64,000 bases of DNA, taken from positions 170,812,001 through 170,876,000 of the forward strand of contig NC_086097.1 of the NCBI RefSeq assembly GCF_963921235.1, read 5' to 3'. Source of the stretch: Mobula hypostoma (Eukaryota). The notes under the pieces are model-generated. The model saw only the letters and a program-made list of their open reading frames with translations, searched no databases and was not told the origin of the DNA. The translations under genes and the position numbers were made by a program. Positions 47,450-61,788 of this stretch are shown piece after piece; position 1 is the first letter of the stretch; each line of letters starts with the position of its first letter.

Positions 47450-48286
47450 AGTAAAGTAGATGATAATAGAACTATTAGAGATTTCAGATTGCTGTCATAT
47501 ACACCAGGGTGCAATGAAATTCCTTGCTCACATAAAACTCACCAACTTGAATACAGGATAGTAATAAAAACAGCAATGAGCACAACATAGAATTATAGAG
47601 TGAGCGTGGTGCTATCTGAAGTGGATCAAAAAGAAATTATGAAGTGACAGTAATGGAACAAGAGAGTGAGGTAAATTTAAGAGTCTAGAAATATTGCATC
47701 ACCTCTGGAAAGGTTTATCAAAGAGATGATTGATAGCAGTGGGGAAGAAGCTGTTTTGAGTCTGATCATCTCCTGTATCTTCTCCCAAAAGGTAGAAGAG
47801 AGAAAAGGGAATGGTCGGGGAGGCAGGTATCCTTGATGATACAGTTAGCTTTCCTGAAGCAATGCACTGTGTAGATGGACTGGATGGAAGGAAGTGATGA
47901 GCTTGTGATGGACTGGGAGATGTTCACTACTCTTAGCAAATTCTGTCAGTCCAGAGCAAAGCTGTTGCCATACCAGTCTGAAATGCAACCCATCTGTAGA
48001 AGTTCAAGAGAGTCTCCCAGGACAAGCCCAAAGATCCCAGGTGTCCATGATTTTCATTCTTGATCCCTGCATTAGTGTGTTGGGCAGACGAAGTGCAAGT
48101 GGAAGCAACTGAGGGAGGGGATACAGAGGATGGGTAGCATGAAAATGTTGAGGGGGAGGATCAGCCATTTTTGATCTCAGACATTGAAAGGTCTTCTCCC
48201 TCTCCCACAGATGCTGATTGATCCCCTGCATTCCTCCAGCAGACTACTGTTTGGAGAAAGCAAGTTGGTCAAGTCGGCTGAGCGTG

Positions 48287-48772
48287 AGTCATAGTCATGG
48301 TCATAGTCATACTTTATTAATTCCGGGGGAAATTGGTTTTCGTTACAGTTGCACCATAAATAATAAATAGTAATAGAACCATAAATAGTTAAATAATAAT
48401 ATGTAAATTATGCCAGTAAATTATGAAATAAATCCAGGACCAGCCAATTGGCTCAGGGTGTCTGACCCTCCAAGGGAGGAGTTGTAAAGTTTGATGGCCG
48501 CAGGCAGGAATGACTTCCTATGACGCTCAGTGCTGCATCTCGGTGGAATGAGTCTCTGGCTGAATGTACTCCTGTGCCCACCCAGTACATTATGTAGTGG
48601 ATGGGAGACATTGACCAAGATGGCATGCAACTTAGACAGCATCCTCTTTTCAGACACCACCATGAGAGAGTCCAGTTCCATCCCTACAACGTCACTGGCC
48701 TTACAAATGAGTTTGTTGATTCTGTTGGTGTCTGCTACCCTCAGCCTGCTGCCCCAGCACACAACAGCAAAC
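48287..48772 (-). mobile_element. Relatively intact LINE 3' end with (ATGACT)n-like tail
   Basis: Open minus-strand frame FAVVCWGS...SHPLH...RKSFLPAAIKLYN; tail gtcatagtcatggtcatagtcat next to actttatt. Confidence 0.7.
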
Positions 48773-51700
48773 AGTGTATGTGGAGGTGTGCACATTGAAT
48801 CAGCCATGCCTGCAATGCACAGATTATGGAATTAATAGCTTGGCTGAGAGCTGTAGACCACTCCAAATCCACGAGCAGTCTGGTTTAGTAACTGGGTCGA
48901 GGTTTGTTGGGATGAGGGCTTGTTTAAAAAGTGGAATCGTTTGTCACTTTGAAAACAGGCTGTCCCGAAATTTATGTTGATTTAGCTCCTTAAAGAGGAA
49001 CCTTATAAAAGTCACAATGAATGTACTTGCTCTCAACAAAAGCCTGTGTCATGAATATTGAAATGAAAAGACATTTTTTGGGATTTATCACCTTTCAACA
49101 GACGATTGAAAAAAGACAATCCCTAACCTGCATTTGTTTATGACCTTTATTAAGATAAAATGTGCCAATGCTCTTCTGAACAACATAGAATTTAGAACAG
49201 TATAGCACAGAAACTGGCCCTTCAGACCACAATATTGTGCTGACCTAATTAAATGGGTAATTAACTGCCTAATTAAACTAATCCCATCTGCCTACACAAT
49301 GTCCATATTCCTGCATTCCTGCATATTCACATACCCATCTAGGAGCTTCTTTAACACCTCTGTCATCGTTACTTCCTCCACCTCCCCGGCAGAATATTCC
49401 AGGCACCCACCACTCTGCGAAACAAAAATGCCAACAACTCTCCTTTGACATTCCCCTCTCTCACTTTAATTGCATTCCTTCTAGTAGTAGATATTACAAC
49501 CTTGGGGAAAAGATATCGGTATGGAAAGCTGAGAGGAAGGTGTGTAGCATGAGCTACCAGGCAATAGGTAGATCCAGGTGAGAAGGGGTGATTGGCAATT
49601 GGGGGAGGGGAGAATAGACTTTACATGTCAAAATCATATCTATTCCACCATTACCCTGTTGCAGGCACCTCTGCAAAAACCTTGCCCTGATCAAAAGGAC
49701 ATCTTGATCAGCATGAAGGAATGAGCTGAAGGCTGTTTCCCCATGCTCTATAATTCTTTAAGTCTCTATGACAATCCATAAACCTCTTACAGTTTATGAA
49801 CTACTCAATAAAATTAGTATGGAGTTTGCAAGACTGTTTTAGCAACCGAGCATCAAACACGTAGATCCATGGGGGCACATGCTTTCTGGATAATTTAATG
49901 TTCATGTCATTCTGAGACCCAGAACCCTATCTTCATTTGGATGGATTGGTAGTGGTTACATTAATCAAAAGGTCTCCTCCCTGTGAAGTAACACAAATGA
50001 ATGTATTATTATCCTGATTTATATGTACAGCACGTCTCTACACATACATATACAAGCATCTGCAGAATGGAAGGCTAATGGTAGTAGAAACTTGGCTTGC
50101 ATTCCATCAAATATGGATATAATATATGACATAGGTTGGAACTAAAATGAGTTCTGGCTTCTGATCATTATCAAGCTCTGCTGATACAAACCAAAATTAG
50201 CAAAAGTGTAGAAAAAGTTAATGGTTTATGGCATAATCTCAGAGCTTGTTCAGGCAATTCCTCTCAGTGATTGCAAGCAGCCATTTTTTTGAATTTCATT
50301 CCTTTCTGGTAAATCCTGCATTTTTTGTTATCCTTACTCAATTTTTCTCAAAATGTGGGTTTAAAAACTACTGTGGAGCAGAGTTATTCCAATTACCTTG
50401 TTCTGAATATGCTGTCACATTTTCATCTGGGCAGATAACGACACCATATTTCCTTTCAGTAGCTTTAGTGGGCTTTTATAATATCCTGATGGTGCCATGG
50501 CTGTTAGAGGCATTTAAGCTTCTTTTCAATGGAAAGATTCTGAATTGCTGTAAGATAAATTAACCACAATGCTACCATAGAAACCTTTCATAACCTTGAA
50601 GTGGTGTGTACAGTTTTGGTGTACAGTTTTGGTTGATCTGTTCGAGAAAGGAACTAAAAATAATACTGAGTCAATGTAAGTGGATGTTGCCAGGGCTAGA
50701 ACATCTGAATTACAGGGAAAGGTTGGCTAGGCCAGGTCTTCATTCCGTGGAACGTAGGAGAGGAGAGGTGTCATAATAGAAGTATTATAAATTATGAGAG
50801 GCACAGATGAGGTGGATCGTAACGTCTCCCCAGTGTAGCATAGCCCAAAATTAGAGTGCATAGGTTTAGAATGAGAGGGTAAAGATTTAAAAGGGGCCTG
50901 AGGGATAACTTTCTCAAGCAGAGGGTGGTGAATATATGAATGAGCTGCTAGAGGTAATGATTGAGGCAGGTATAACAATCTAACTTAAGATGCATGGATA
51001 GGTACGTGGAGGGGCAGAGCTTGGAGAGATATGGACCGAATGCAGGGAATTGTAACCTGTTAGGGTGGCGCCGTGGTAGGCATAGACTCATTGGACTGAA
51101 GGGCCTGTATTTCTGTTATATTGCTCTATGATGCTACAAATTTGAGTTCCTTGCTAATAACCAACTTCAAGAGTGCTATTGATTCAATCCCTGAGAAATA
51201 AGTGGTACAGAATCCTCCAAAGAGACAAAGCAGTAGCTTTGATTCTCAACAAGTCAGATGACCTCCTGCTGTCTTTGTTAGGATGTTAATTATGAGCTGC
51301 CATCAATATGGTATTGTTGCAAACTTGTTATTTCACATGAAAGGTTTTGCTGACACTAAGTGAAACAGCTTCACATAGCTCAACCTATTAGAAGGTATAA
51401 AGTAATCCAGATGTTTAATTTCCGCATCTTTTCTCTATGTTTATTTTGATGAGCTGGATGTCATTGACAAGACAAGCATTTATTATCCATCCACAATTGC
51501 CCTTGGGAAGATGATGTTGAGGTGCCTTCTTGGGCCACTGTGGTCCTTCCGGTGAAGGCATTTCCAAAAAATGCTCCAGGATTTAGAACTATCCAGCACA
51601 GAATCAGACCATATGGCCCTCATCGTCTGTGCCAAGCATGATTTAGACCAGATTCAAAGTTCAAAGTCAAATTTATTATCAGAGTACATACACGTCACCA

Positions 51701-52234
51701 CAAACAATCCTGAGATTCTTTTTTTGCGGGTATACTTAACAAGTGAGGATGAAGAAACAGCATTATATTTCCATCAGGATGGCATAAGACTCATTCATGG
51801 GGGTAGGAACTTAGAGGGGCAGGTTTTCCCATATCCTTAATACTTCTGTCTTCTTCCTGGTGAAGGTCAGGACTTTGGAAGGAGCTATTGGAGCAGTTTA
51901 CAGATGGTACACACATCAGTCTCTGTATCTCGATTGTGGAGGGGATGCTTATTGAGAGTCGAGGATGGAGTGACCATCAATCAGGAGGCTCTGACATGGA
52001 TGGTGACACAAGAACCTGAAAATGCTGAAATCTGAGACCAGAGGCAATTTGCTGAGGAACAGCGGGTCGAGCAGCAACTGTGAAAGGAAATGAATTGTTG
52101 ACGTTTTGGGTTAAAACCCTGCAGCGGGACTCAACTTCAAGGTATTTGACCCAAAACGTCAAAGGTTTCCTCACATAGAATCAGAATCAGCATCAAGTTT
52201 ATTATCACTTACATTATGTTGTGAAACATATCCT

Positions 52235-53212
52235 TCACCACTGCTGCTGCCCTCACCCGCATCTCCTCCACTTCCCTATCTGTGCTCACCCTACCTTCCT
52301 GCTGCCTTTACAGTTCCTCTTGTCCTTCCTACCACCCATGAGACTTGCATCCTCTGCCATCTCCAAGGAGATCCTACCACCAAACATTTCTTTACCTTCC
52401 TCCCTCTCTCCACTTTCCACAAGAATTGCTCCATTCCTGATTCCTTTGTCCCTTCATCTCTCCCTACTAAACTCCCTCCCGGCAGCTATCCCTACAAGCA
52501 ACCAAAGTGCTACACCTCCCCAGGCACCTTCTCCCTCGCCTCGATTCAAGGCAAGGCAACACTTCACCTGCATATCTGCTGGGATCATCTATTGTATTTG
52601 GTGATCCCATTGTGGCCTCCTCTACAGTGGTGAGACCCGTCGTAAATTGGGGGATTGCTTTGTCAAGCACCTCTGCTCCATCTTCCAAAAATGGAACTTC
52701 CCAAAAGCCAAACGTTTTAATTCAAATTCTGTTGGTCCATGGCCTCCTCTTGTACCATGATGAAGCTACGCTTAGGGTGGAGGAGCATCTGGGTAGTCTC
52801 CAACCTGATGGCATAAATATCGATTTCTCCTTCCAGTAAAAAAATGTTTCCCTTCCCCTCCCCTCTTCTTCTATTCCCCTCTCTAGCCTCTTATCTTTTC
52901 TCATCTGCCTATAATCTCCATCTGATGCCCCTCCTCTTTCCTTTTCTCCTATGGTCCATTCTCCTATCAGATTCCTTCCCTTTCCCACCCACCTGGCTGG
53001 ACCGATTACCCTCTAGCTACCCTCCTTCCCCTCTCCCCAGCTTTTTTTATTCTGGCATATTCCTTCTTCATTTCCAATCCTAAAGAAGGGTCTTTGTCTG
53101 AAACATCGATTACTTGCTCATTTCCATTGATGTTGCCTGACTTGCTGAGTTCCTCCAGCATTTTGTGTGTGTTGCTGTGGATTTCCAGCATCTGCAGAAC
53201 TTCTTTTGTTTA
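52235..53212 (+). mobile_element. Older, degraded PLE 3' fragment
   Basis: RQHFTCISAGIIYCIW and LLLYHDEATLRVEEHLGSLQPDGINIDFS; ends with the family tail ttccagcatctgcagaa. Confidence 0.8.
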
Positions 53213-56200
53213 TGTTGTAAAATTTGTTGTTTTGTGGCAGCAGTGCTGCGCAAGATATAACAAAGTATAAGTTACAATAAGAAATATAATAATTAAATAG
53301 TGCAAAGAGGAATAGTGAGTTGGTGTTTATGGGATTATGGACTTTTCAGAAGTTTGATGGAAAGGGGGAGGAAGCTATTACAAAAATGTTCAGTGTGCAT
53401 CTTCAGGCTCCTGTACTTCCTCCTTAATGATAGTAATGAGACTGTGCCCTCTGGTTCTAGACTCAACCACTATAGAAAACATCCTCTCCTCATCTGCTCT
53501 GTCCAGGCCTTTCAATATTTGATAGGCTTCAATGAGATCCTGCTTCATTCCTCCAAACACCAGTGAGCACATACCCAGAGCTATTAAGCACTCCCCACAT
53601 GTTAACCCGTTCATTCCCGGAACCATTCCCATGAACTTCCTCTGGATCCTCTCTATTGCCAGCACATCTCTTCCCAGATTAGGGGCCCAAAGCTGCTCAC
53701 AATACTCCGTGTGTGGTCTGACCAATGCTTCAACATCACATCCTTGCAATATGGCATCAGCCTTCCCCACCACCAACTCAACCTACAAGTCAATTTTTAG
53801 GGAATCCTGCACAAGGACTCCTTAGTCCCTTCACACCTCTGATCGCCAAATTTAGAAAATAGTGAAATGTGTTGTTTTGCAGCAGCAGTACAATGTGATA
53901 CATAATAAATAAACACTATAAATTACAATAAGAAATATAGGGAAAAATAGTGAGGTAATGGACATGGGTTCATCGTCCATTCATGGCTCTGCATATATAA
54001 GTGCATTAAGGCAGTACAAAGGGGAAAGCAATAATAAAGATGATGGGAACAGACACAATGAGCTTTCCAAAACTTGCCACCGAAGGACCTCTGAACAGAA
54101 TGTAGTGTTATAGTTACAGAGAAAGTGCATTGCAGGCAGATAAATAGGTTGCAGAGGCCATGGCTAGTTTGACTGGTAGATCAAGAGATCATCTTTATTG
54201 TATAAAGGGTTCATTCAAGCTCCTTAAAACAGCAGGGTAGAAGCTTGGGAACACAAACCATGTGGTATGTGTCCTCACACTTTAGTATCTTCTGTCCTAT
54301 GGGAGTAAGGAGAAGAGAGGATTTCTGAGTTGAGAGGTGTCTTTGATTATGTTGACCTGAGGCAAGGTATCAGTCATGAACATTGAATGATGGAGCAGGT
54401 TGGAGGAGCTGTATAATTTGCTCCTGCATCACTTATTTTTATGGACTGGTCATTCAAGAAAATGACAAAGAGGAATTTTTATCATTGTCATCCTGGATAT
54501 AGGATCTGTTTTTCAAGGATGCTATCATGTTCCCAGCTCAGCAGTATAGATGGAGTTAGATATGGAAGGCATAAGTAAATCATTATTGCATTGTGTACTG
54601 AAATAAAAACAGAAATTTCTGAAAACACCCAGCAGATCAGGGAGAGAAGAAAAGAAAATAAGTTCCCAGTTCTCATGAAGAAACTTGAATGAAACTATTT
54701 TAAATCTCTTTTCTTTTTTAACCAATGCTGCCTGACTGTTGAATGTTTCAAGCATTTACTGCTATTTATTTCAGAGGTCCAGCATCTGCAGTTTTACATT
54801 GATTTCTACTTTCCCAGTGTAGACTGGCTAGACCAAGTGCTTGATTTTTGTGCTGTATATTCTTTGTAATTCAATGTGTTTGGAAATTCTCAAAACGGGT
54901 TTAGACCAATAGCTAATGACGTTAGGGAAAGAGCATGTTCGAGAAATTTTAATGGGCTGGCAAGGATGTGGGTAGAAGAGTGCAGGACATGCCCTTTTCT
55001 CATTGTTACCATCAGGAAGGAGGTATAAAAGCCGAAGGCACACACTCAACAATTCAGGGGCAGCTTCTTCCCCTCAGCCATCTGATTTCCAAATGAACAT
55101 TATACCCATGAACACTATCTCACATTTTTTCTGTTTTTCGCCCTATTTTTAAATCAACTAGCTAATATACACACACATGTATATACAGTAATTGATTGAT
55201 TTATCTTTTTTTATTTTTTTCTCTGTATTGCATTGTACTGTTGACAATAGGTTAACACATTTCACGACATATGGCAGTGATATTAAATCTGATTCTGATT
55301 CTTGGTGCTGTTTAATTGAAAGTTGAGGAAAGTTACGTGGTGGTATGGAGAGAGGAGCAACTGCACTGTTCTCAGCACAAGGACAATTTACAGAGAGTTG
55401 GACAGGGCCTATATGATGGAGGAATGTGAATGCATGGAGTCTCTCTCCCATTTACACTTCCTCTGTTTCTCCTCTCCCACCAGAAGCTGCATAAGAACAT
55501 GTGCAAAAGCAGCCAAGCAAATTTCCTGAGTTCTTGGCCAACTGAGAGCCTCTGAGGAGAGCAGAATAAACAGCAGCAAGTCTCAAAGGCAGCAGCTGCT
55601 GCTGCAGTCAGAGCAGTGTCATCCACCTACCAAGGTTTGCAAGTCCTTATGACCTTATGGAACTGGAGGCTGATGCCCTCACATGCCATTGGCTCTCAGT
55701 GGGTGGGATAGTTGCCCTCTATGGGTCCCTAAATTTCTTCTCCCCTACCCCATTTCATTATTTAAAATAACCCCAGCAATCTCTGAAGTTTGGCCTGGAT
55801 TCACAGCAGGATGAAAACACATGTTCTGCCCCGGCCTGATTCCAATACGTGGGAGCAGAGCTGACAAAACATTCCCTCTCTGATTGGCATGTTGGTGTAT
55901 TTTAGACGCTGTTGGGAATATTGATTGAAAAGATAAAGGTGTAAAAGAAAGAAAAGGAAAATAAACAGACTCAAAATCAAAATGAAGTCACTTTGATTTA
56001 CAAAGGTGAAACTGTATAACATGTTGAGCTTTATTGGTAAAAGGCAATTTGAGTTAAAGGAATAAAAGTGAATTATACAGACGACTTTCTCATACAGTGA
56101 TTCTGCAAAGCAAATTTCTCTTCCAAATTTGCTCACACAGTAAACTTTTACCTTTATCATGGGTTAGAACATACTGTGTACAGAAAGGACATGATTGCTT

Positions 56201-58611
56201 TGAAGGGGTGCAGAGGACATTCACAAGCTCAAGGGAATTATAGTTATGGAGTGAGACTATCCAGCTAGGATTGTTTTCTTTTGGATGAGTAAAGAGTTAG
56301 TTGAGGTGGATAACTCTCTAGTTCAAGTTCAAGTTCAACTTTAACTATCATGCAACCATACATGAATTTAGCTAAACGAAACAGCTTTTCTCCAGGGCCA
56401 AGGTTCAAAACATATTACCAACAGCACACAGCACATAGCACATAGCACAAATAGAACATATGGTTACAATTTCAGAAAAACATTCAGCTACAAAGAAAAA
56501 AATAACACTGCCCAAGCCCCTGAGAGGCATGACTGTAGATTATCCTGGACCAGTTTGTTCTTCCATTGAGATCAGCACTGAATGAATATTGGAAGACAGC
56601 ACCATAGGAATACTAAAGGACAGACCTGACAGGAGGGCCAGCATCCAACCCAGTACGGATTCCAGCACACCCAGCAGAGGTCCATGCACTTCCCCACACT
56701 GCCTCGGCTCTCCTCCTCTGGGTGACCGCAACAAAGTTCTGCATTCAAGGCGACCCCACAGCCTAGGCGTAATCCTCGCTACAATTGAAGCACTGCAGCT
56801 CCCACACTATAGATCTTGCCAATGAACCAGTAAGCCAGACGTGCTGTATTCTACATTACCAGTATCCAATGGGGTCTTGCAGTCACAATAAAAACACCCA
56901 AAACAATCACTTGCTCCATCTGTTGGATCACACATCGTCTCAGCACAATGGTGTGCAACAAGTCTAAGTGACAACTCAGCAACGGTACAAGTAAGTCCAG
57001 CGCTATTGCTATCGAGCAACTCCCTGATGGGATAGTCTTGCGGTACTTAATGTTCTTAGTATCCAGCAGTGACTTGCAATTGTAAGGAAGGCATACAAGG
57101 TGAATAAATGTTCTTTTGATTGGACCTGGAGTATCCACTGCATCCGAGTGTGCCTCCATTGTATCGGAAATCTACTTCCTCCTCATCTCCAGTCACCAGT
57201 CTCAGTCACCTGGAGTGAAGGAGGCTGAGAGGTGATCTGGTGGAGACATGTAAAATTATGAAAGACATAGATAGGGTATATCATGAGTGTCTGTTTCCCT
57301 TGTTAGGAGTGTCCAAAACTAGAATATATAGCATTAGAGTGAGAGAAGGGAGATTTAAAAGGGATCTGAGGGATAAAATTTTTCAAAGACCATTTGGTAT
57401 CAGGAATAATCTTCCATACACATATTAGTTTCTTGTCTTATACACGAGGGTGCAATGACAGAAGAGATGTTGAAGCTAGGGATAGTAACAACATTTAGGA
57501 GGCATCCAGAAATAAAGATTCCTTTCCTGTTGGGGTGAGTAGAGCATTTGATGATGCATTGTCAGTACCTGCAATGTGGTTTACCCCAATGGATGGATAT
57601 TAAACCAAAAGGATGGGGGTGCTGAAAGAATGGAAAAAGAGTCACTAGTCATAAGCTAAAGCACATCTGTTAATCATGGCAAATATGAAATCTGTGTGTA
57701 CAGTGGAAACGTCTTTTCCAAAGTGCATACAAATAGCTGATAAAGTTTAGAAGAGAGAGAAATATTAGCTGATGCACTTTGGCAGGAGGTAGAGCACAAT
57801 GTGATAGTTAATGACACCATCTGAAAGGTGCGTAGGATTGGAGGGATTTTAGTGCACTTCTGCACGAATCTTTAAAATGGCAGCATTTGTTGAAAGAGTA
57901 AACCATATGGGATCTTTGGGTTTATAAATAGAAGCACAAATACAAAAGCAGGGAAGTTATCTTCAAATTGCATTAAAAAATAACTCATTAGACCACAATA
58001 GGAAAATTACATCCATTTCTGATTACTTTTGGAAGGACATCAAGGACTTGTAGAGAGTTATGAGCAGAGAAAGTTTAAAAATTGGAAGAGGTTTAATAGA
58101 ATAAATAAGGAGATACAATTTTTACTGTCAAGAATGTAATGTAACCACATAGATAGATTTAAAGTAATTGACACAAAAGCAACTGAAGGTGATGAATTTT
58201 TTTCACACTGTGGGTTGCTATTCCAGAAGTCTTGCCTAAAAAAAACAAGTTGAGATAGATTCTAAAGTAACTTTGCAAAATGAATTGGATTAAATTTCAG
58301 AAGTAAACTTGTTAGAGTTGTGGGAAAAGTGAAGACAACTCTAATCAGGTTACAACTTGAGTAGTGTACAGATCTGGTCACCGCATTACATAATTGACTC
58401 CTACAAACGTAGATTATAGACTACAGATAAAGGCTAAATCCGTTGAGCTTCAGCAGTACAAAGGAAAGGTGATGGGAGCAGACACAGCTAGCTCTCCTAA
58501 ACATGCCGCCTATGAATCTCTGAACAAATCAATGACCTTGACCTCTGCTGTAACCATTCTTGACTCGTGGTGTCAAAATCATGGTGGATGGAACAGAGCT
58601 ATGCGCTGTCA

Positions 58612-60110
58612 CTGTGGGAAGGCTGTGGAGATGGTGAGGGGCTGTTGAAGAGAGCGAGTGGGGACATGATGAGCACAGTATGGGTATGGGGTAGGGGTGG
58701 GAGTAAGGAGGGGATGTGGGTGTGTCGGGTGGGTGTGGGGAAGTGGCGTGGAGAGCTTGGGGAGTGGTGTGGAGGGAGTGGCAAGAGGGTGAGTGGATGA
58801 GTGGAGGGGTGAGGGTGAGTCAGTGAATGAGGATTCACAGTCTGGACTCAGTTTCATGGTCTTCACATCTCATGGGAGGCTGTTTGAGAGGGGTTGTGGG
58901 AAGGCAGTCAGTGGTGTGGGTGGGGGTTCAGGGTGAGTGAGAGAGTGTTTAATGGGTGTGGAGTGGGGTACAAGTGTATGTGGAGGTTGTGGGGAGGCAG
59001 TCGTTGGTGGGAGGGGGAGAAGGGTGTGGAGAAGAGTTGCGAGAGCAGGTGGAGGTTGTAGGAAGGCAGTGAATGGTAAGGGGAAGGTGTTCAAAGGGTG
59101 GGGTGGGGTGAGCATCGGTGCCATTACAAAGAAAGCACCACAGTGCCTCTACTTTCTTAAAAGCTTGTGAAGACTTGGCATGTCATTTAAAACTTCTATA
59201 GCAGTGGAAATTATGTTGACTGGTTGCATTGATGGCCTGGTATGGAAACACCAAAGCTCTTGAAAAGAAAAGCCTACAGAAAGTACTGGATGCAGCCAAG
59301 TCTGACATGGGTAAAACTCTCCTCACCATTGAGTACATCTACCCTGGAGCACCGACACAGGAAAACAAAGACCCCCACCACCCAGGCCATGCTCTCTTCT
59401 CACTGCTGCCATCAGAAAGGAGGTAGAGGAGCCTCAGGATCCACATCACCAGATTCAGGAACAGTTATTACCCCTCAACCATCAGGCTCTTGAACAAACG
59501 GGTATAACTTCACTCACCACAATACCGAAATGATTCCACACATAATGGACGCACTTTCAAGGACTCTATAACTAATGTTCTCAATATTTATTACTTAGTT
59601 ATTTATTGTTATTATTTTGTGTTTTGTGTTTCTATTTTTACTTGGAGTATTTGCTGCTTTTTGCACGTTGGTTATTTGTCCATCTTTGTCATGTGCAGTT
59701 TTTCAATGATTATATTGTGTTCCTTTGTATTTACTGTGCATGCCTGCAAATGGATCTCAGGGTAGTACATGATGATATATTTGTACTTTGATAATAAATT
59801 CACTTTTAACTTTGAATTTTGGGTGGGGAGGGTGAGGGAGGGTTTGTGGGAGGGTATAGAGAGTGTAGAATGGGGGTTAATGGTACAGAGTGGGAGTAGG
59901 GAGTGTGAGGAGTGGGGAAGTTGTGCGTGGCTAGAAAGTCTGTATGAGGGTATGGGAATAGCGTGGGAGGGTGGGGGAACGTATTCAGGATAGGGGGGAG
60001 TCGGGATTAATAGGAGGTATGGGGAGAGTGTGTGTGAAGGGAAGGGTTGATGGCGCAGGGATGAAGTTGGAAGTGTAAGGAGGTGAGGGGGTGAGTGGGG
60101 GAGATAGAAA
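58612..60110 (+). repeat. G-rich degenerate low-complexity tract, split by a LINE fragment (~59112-59818)
   Basis: Dense GGG/GGGG runs with very few C; recurring unit GG(A/G)GGTTGT(G/A)GG(A/G)AGGCAGT. Confidence 0.75.
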
Positions 60111-60765
60111 GTGTATGTCAAACAGGCACTGTTATGTATGTCATGGGGAATTTCAATATGCAGGTAGATCAAGAAAACAAGGTTGGTGCTGATTTTGGAT
60201 CCCCCGAGAGAGAATTTGTAGAATGCCTATGAGATGGCTTTTCAGAGCAGCTTTGGTTGAGCCCATTAGGGGATCAGCTATTCTGGATTGGGTGTTGTGA
60301 AATGAACTGGATTTGGTTAAGAAGCTTAAGGTGAAGGAACCCTTAGGAGACAGTGATCATAGCAAGATATAATTCACCCTGCAAATGGAGAGGGTGAGGC
60401 TAAAGTCAGACGTATCAGTATTACAGTGGAATAAAGGGAATTACACAGGCATGAGAGAGGAGTTGGGATGATGGCAGAGCAACTCAGAAAATCCAGGACA
60501 GATACATCCCAAAAAAGAAGTACTCTAAAGTAGGATAACATGACTGTGGCTGAAAAGGGAAGTCAAAACCAACATAAAAGAAAAGCATATAATAGAGCAA
60601 AAATTAGTGGAAAGTTTGAGGGTGGGAAGCTTTTAAAAACTGCCAGAAGCAGCTAACAAAGTCATAAGGAGGAAAAAGATGAAATATGAAGGTAAGCTAG
60701 CCAATAATATTAAAACGGATATAAAAAATTTTTCAGATATACAATATAAAGAGTAAATGAGAGAC
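60110..60765 (+). mobile_element. CR1-type LINE ORF2 internal fragment (APE C-terminus and linker)
   Basis: VMGNFN, ILDWVL, LGDSDH and downstream linker remnants. Confidence 0.7.
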
Positions 60766-61482
60766 ACAAGCAGTGCATTTTTCGTACCATGCAGTGATGC
60801 AGCATGTTAGGATGCCCTCTTCTGCACATCTGTAGAAGATTGTGAGTATTGATTGCATTGTCCTGTTCTCTTCAGCCTACTCAGAAAGTAGGGACTTTGG
60901 TGAGCTTTCTTGATTGTCTAGGATGTATTCTAGGACCATGAGAGTTTATCTGAGATGTACACTCCGAGGAGTTTGAAACTGCTCACAGTTTTCACTGCTG
61001 TGTTAAGGATGAAAAGAGGATTGTGAGTGGTGTGAGTTCACCTAAATTTGATAACCATCTTCCTTATCTTGTTGACATTGAGGAAGAGGTTATTTACCTG
61101 GCACCAAGCTTTGAGCTCTTCCCCCTTCTCTTTGCAGGCCTTCTCAGAAGTTTACAGAATTATTAAGGGATCCCAAAGGGCAGAGATCAATGTTGTTGGG
61201 AGTAATAGTAGAGCCCGAGTTTCAGGAGTGAATCGAGGGAACATTCCTCCATTCCACAGGCAGTGGCCAGTACTGTATCATCTGCTAATTTTAAGTCAAA
61301 GACTGGATGTTTCTTTTTAACAAAACTTTATGAGAGAAATAGTGAATTTGGCCACAGATGAAGCCTAATCACAAGAAAGACAAAAGAGCCCTTTAAAGGT
61401 CTTCGAAAAGTTGATCAAGTAGCACAAGGGTGTACTGCAGAGTGTGTTTAAGAGAATGATGGTTCTAACTGTCTTCCCACAG

Positions 61483-61670
61483 GGTTTTATCAATACAACG
61501 TGCCTGAGTCTTTACCTGTGACTTCCACTGTGGCCAAAATAAAAGCTCTCGATGATGACATTGGCCCAAATGCTGAGATGGAATATAAAATCATTGATGG
61601 TGATGGATACTCCGTCCTTCAGATTGCCACTGACAAGGAGACTCAGGAAGGGATCATAACTCTTCAGAAG
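61483..61670 (+). CDS. cdh7: Cadherin-7-like coding exon, EC3, 188 bp
   Basis: Acceptor gtcttcccacAG at 61482 and donor GTaagt at 61671. (R)FYQYNVPESLPVTSTVAKIKALDDDIGPNAEMEYKIIDGDG...DKETQEGIITLQK; YQYNVPESLPV and NAEMEYKI are CDH7-like. Confidence 0.92.
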
Positions 61671-61788
61671 GTAAGTCTGTTCAAACAGGCCATACTTCAC
61701 TGAAATGCAAGTACAAAAGTTTTTTTGATTAAAATGAATGCCTTTAGAGAGTGAACTGAGATTGAAAAGCAGAACCAGATTTATTAAG

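Noticed and set aside
58567..60172. Pro/His-rich and Gly-rich ORFs
   Set aside because: Artefacts of low-complexity G-rich sequence.
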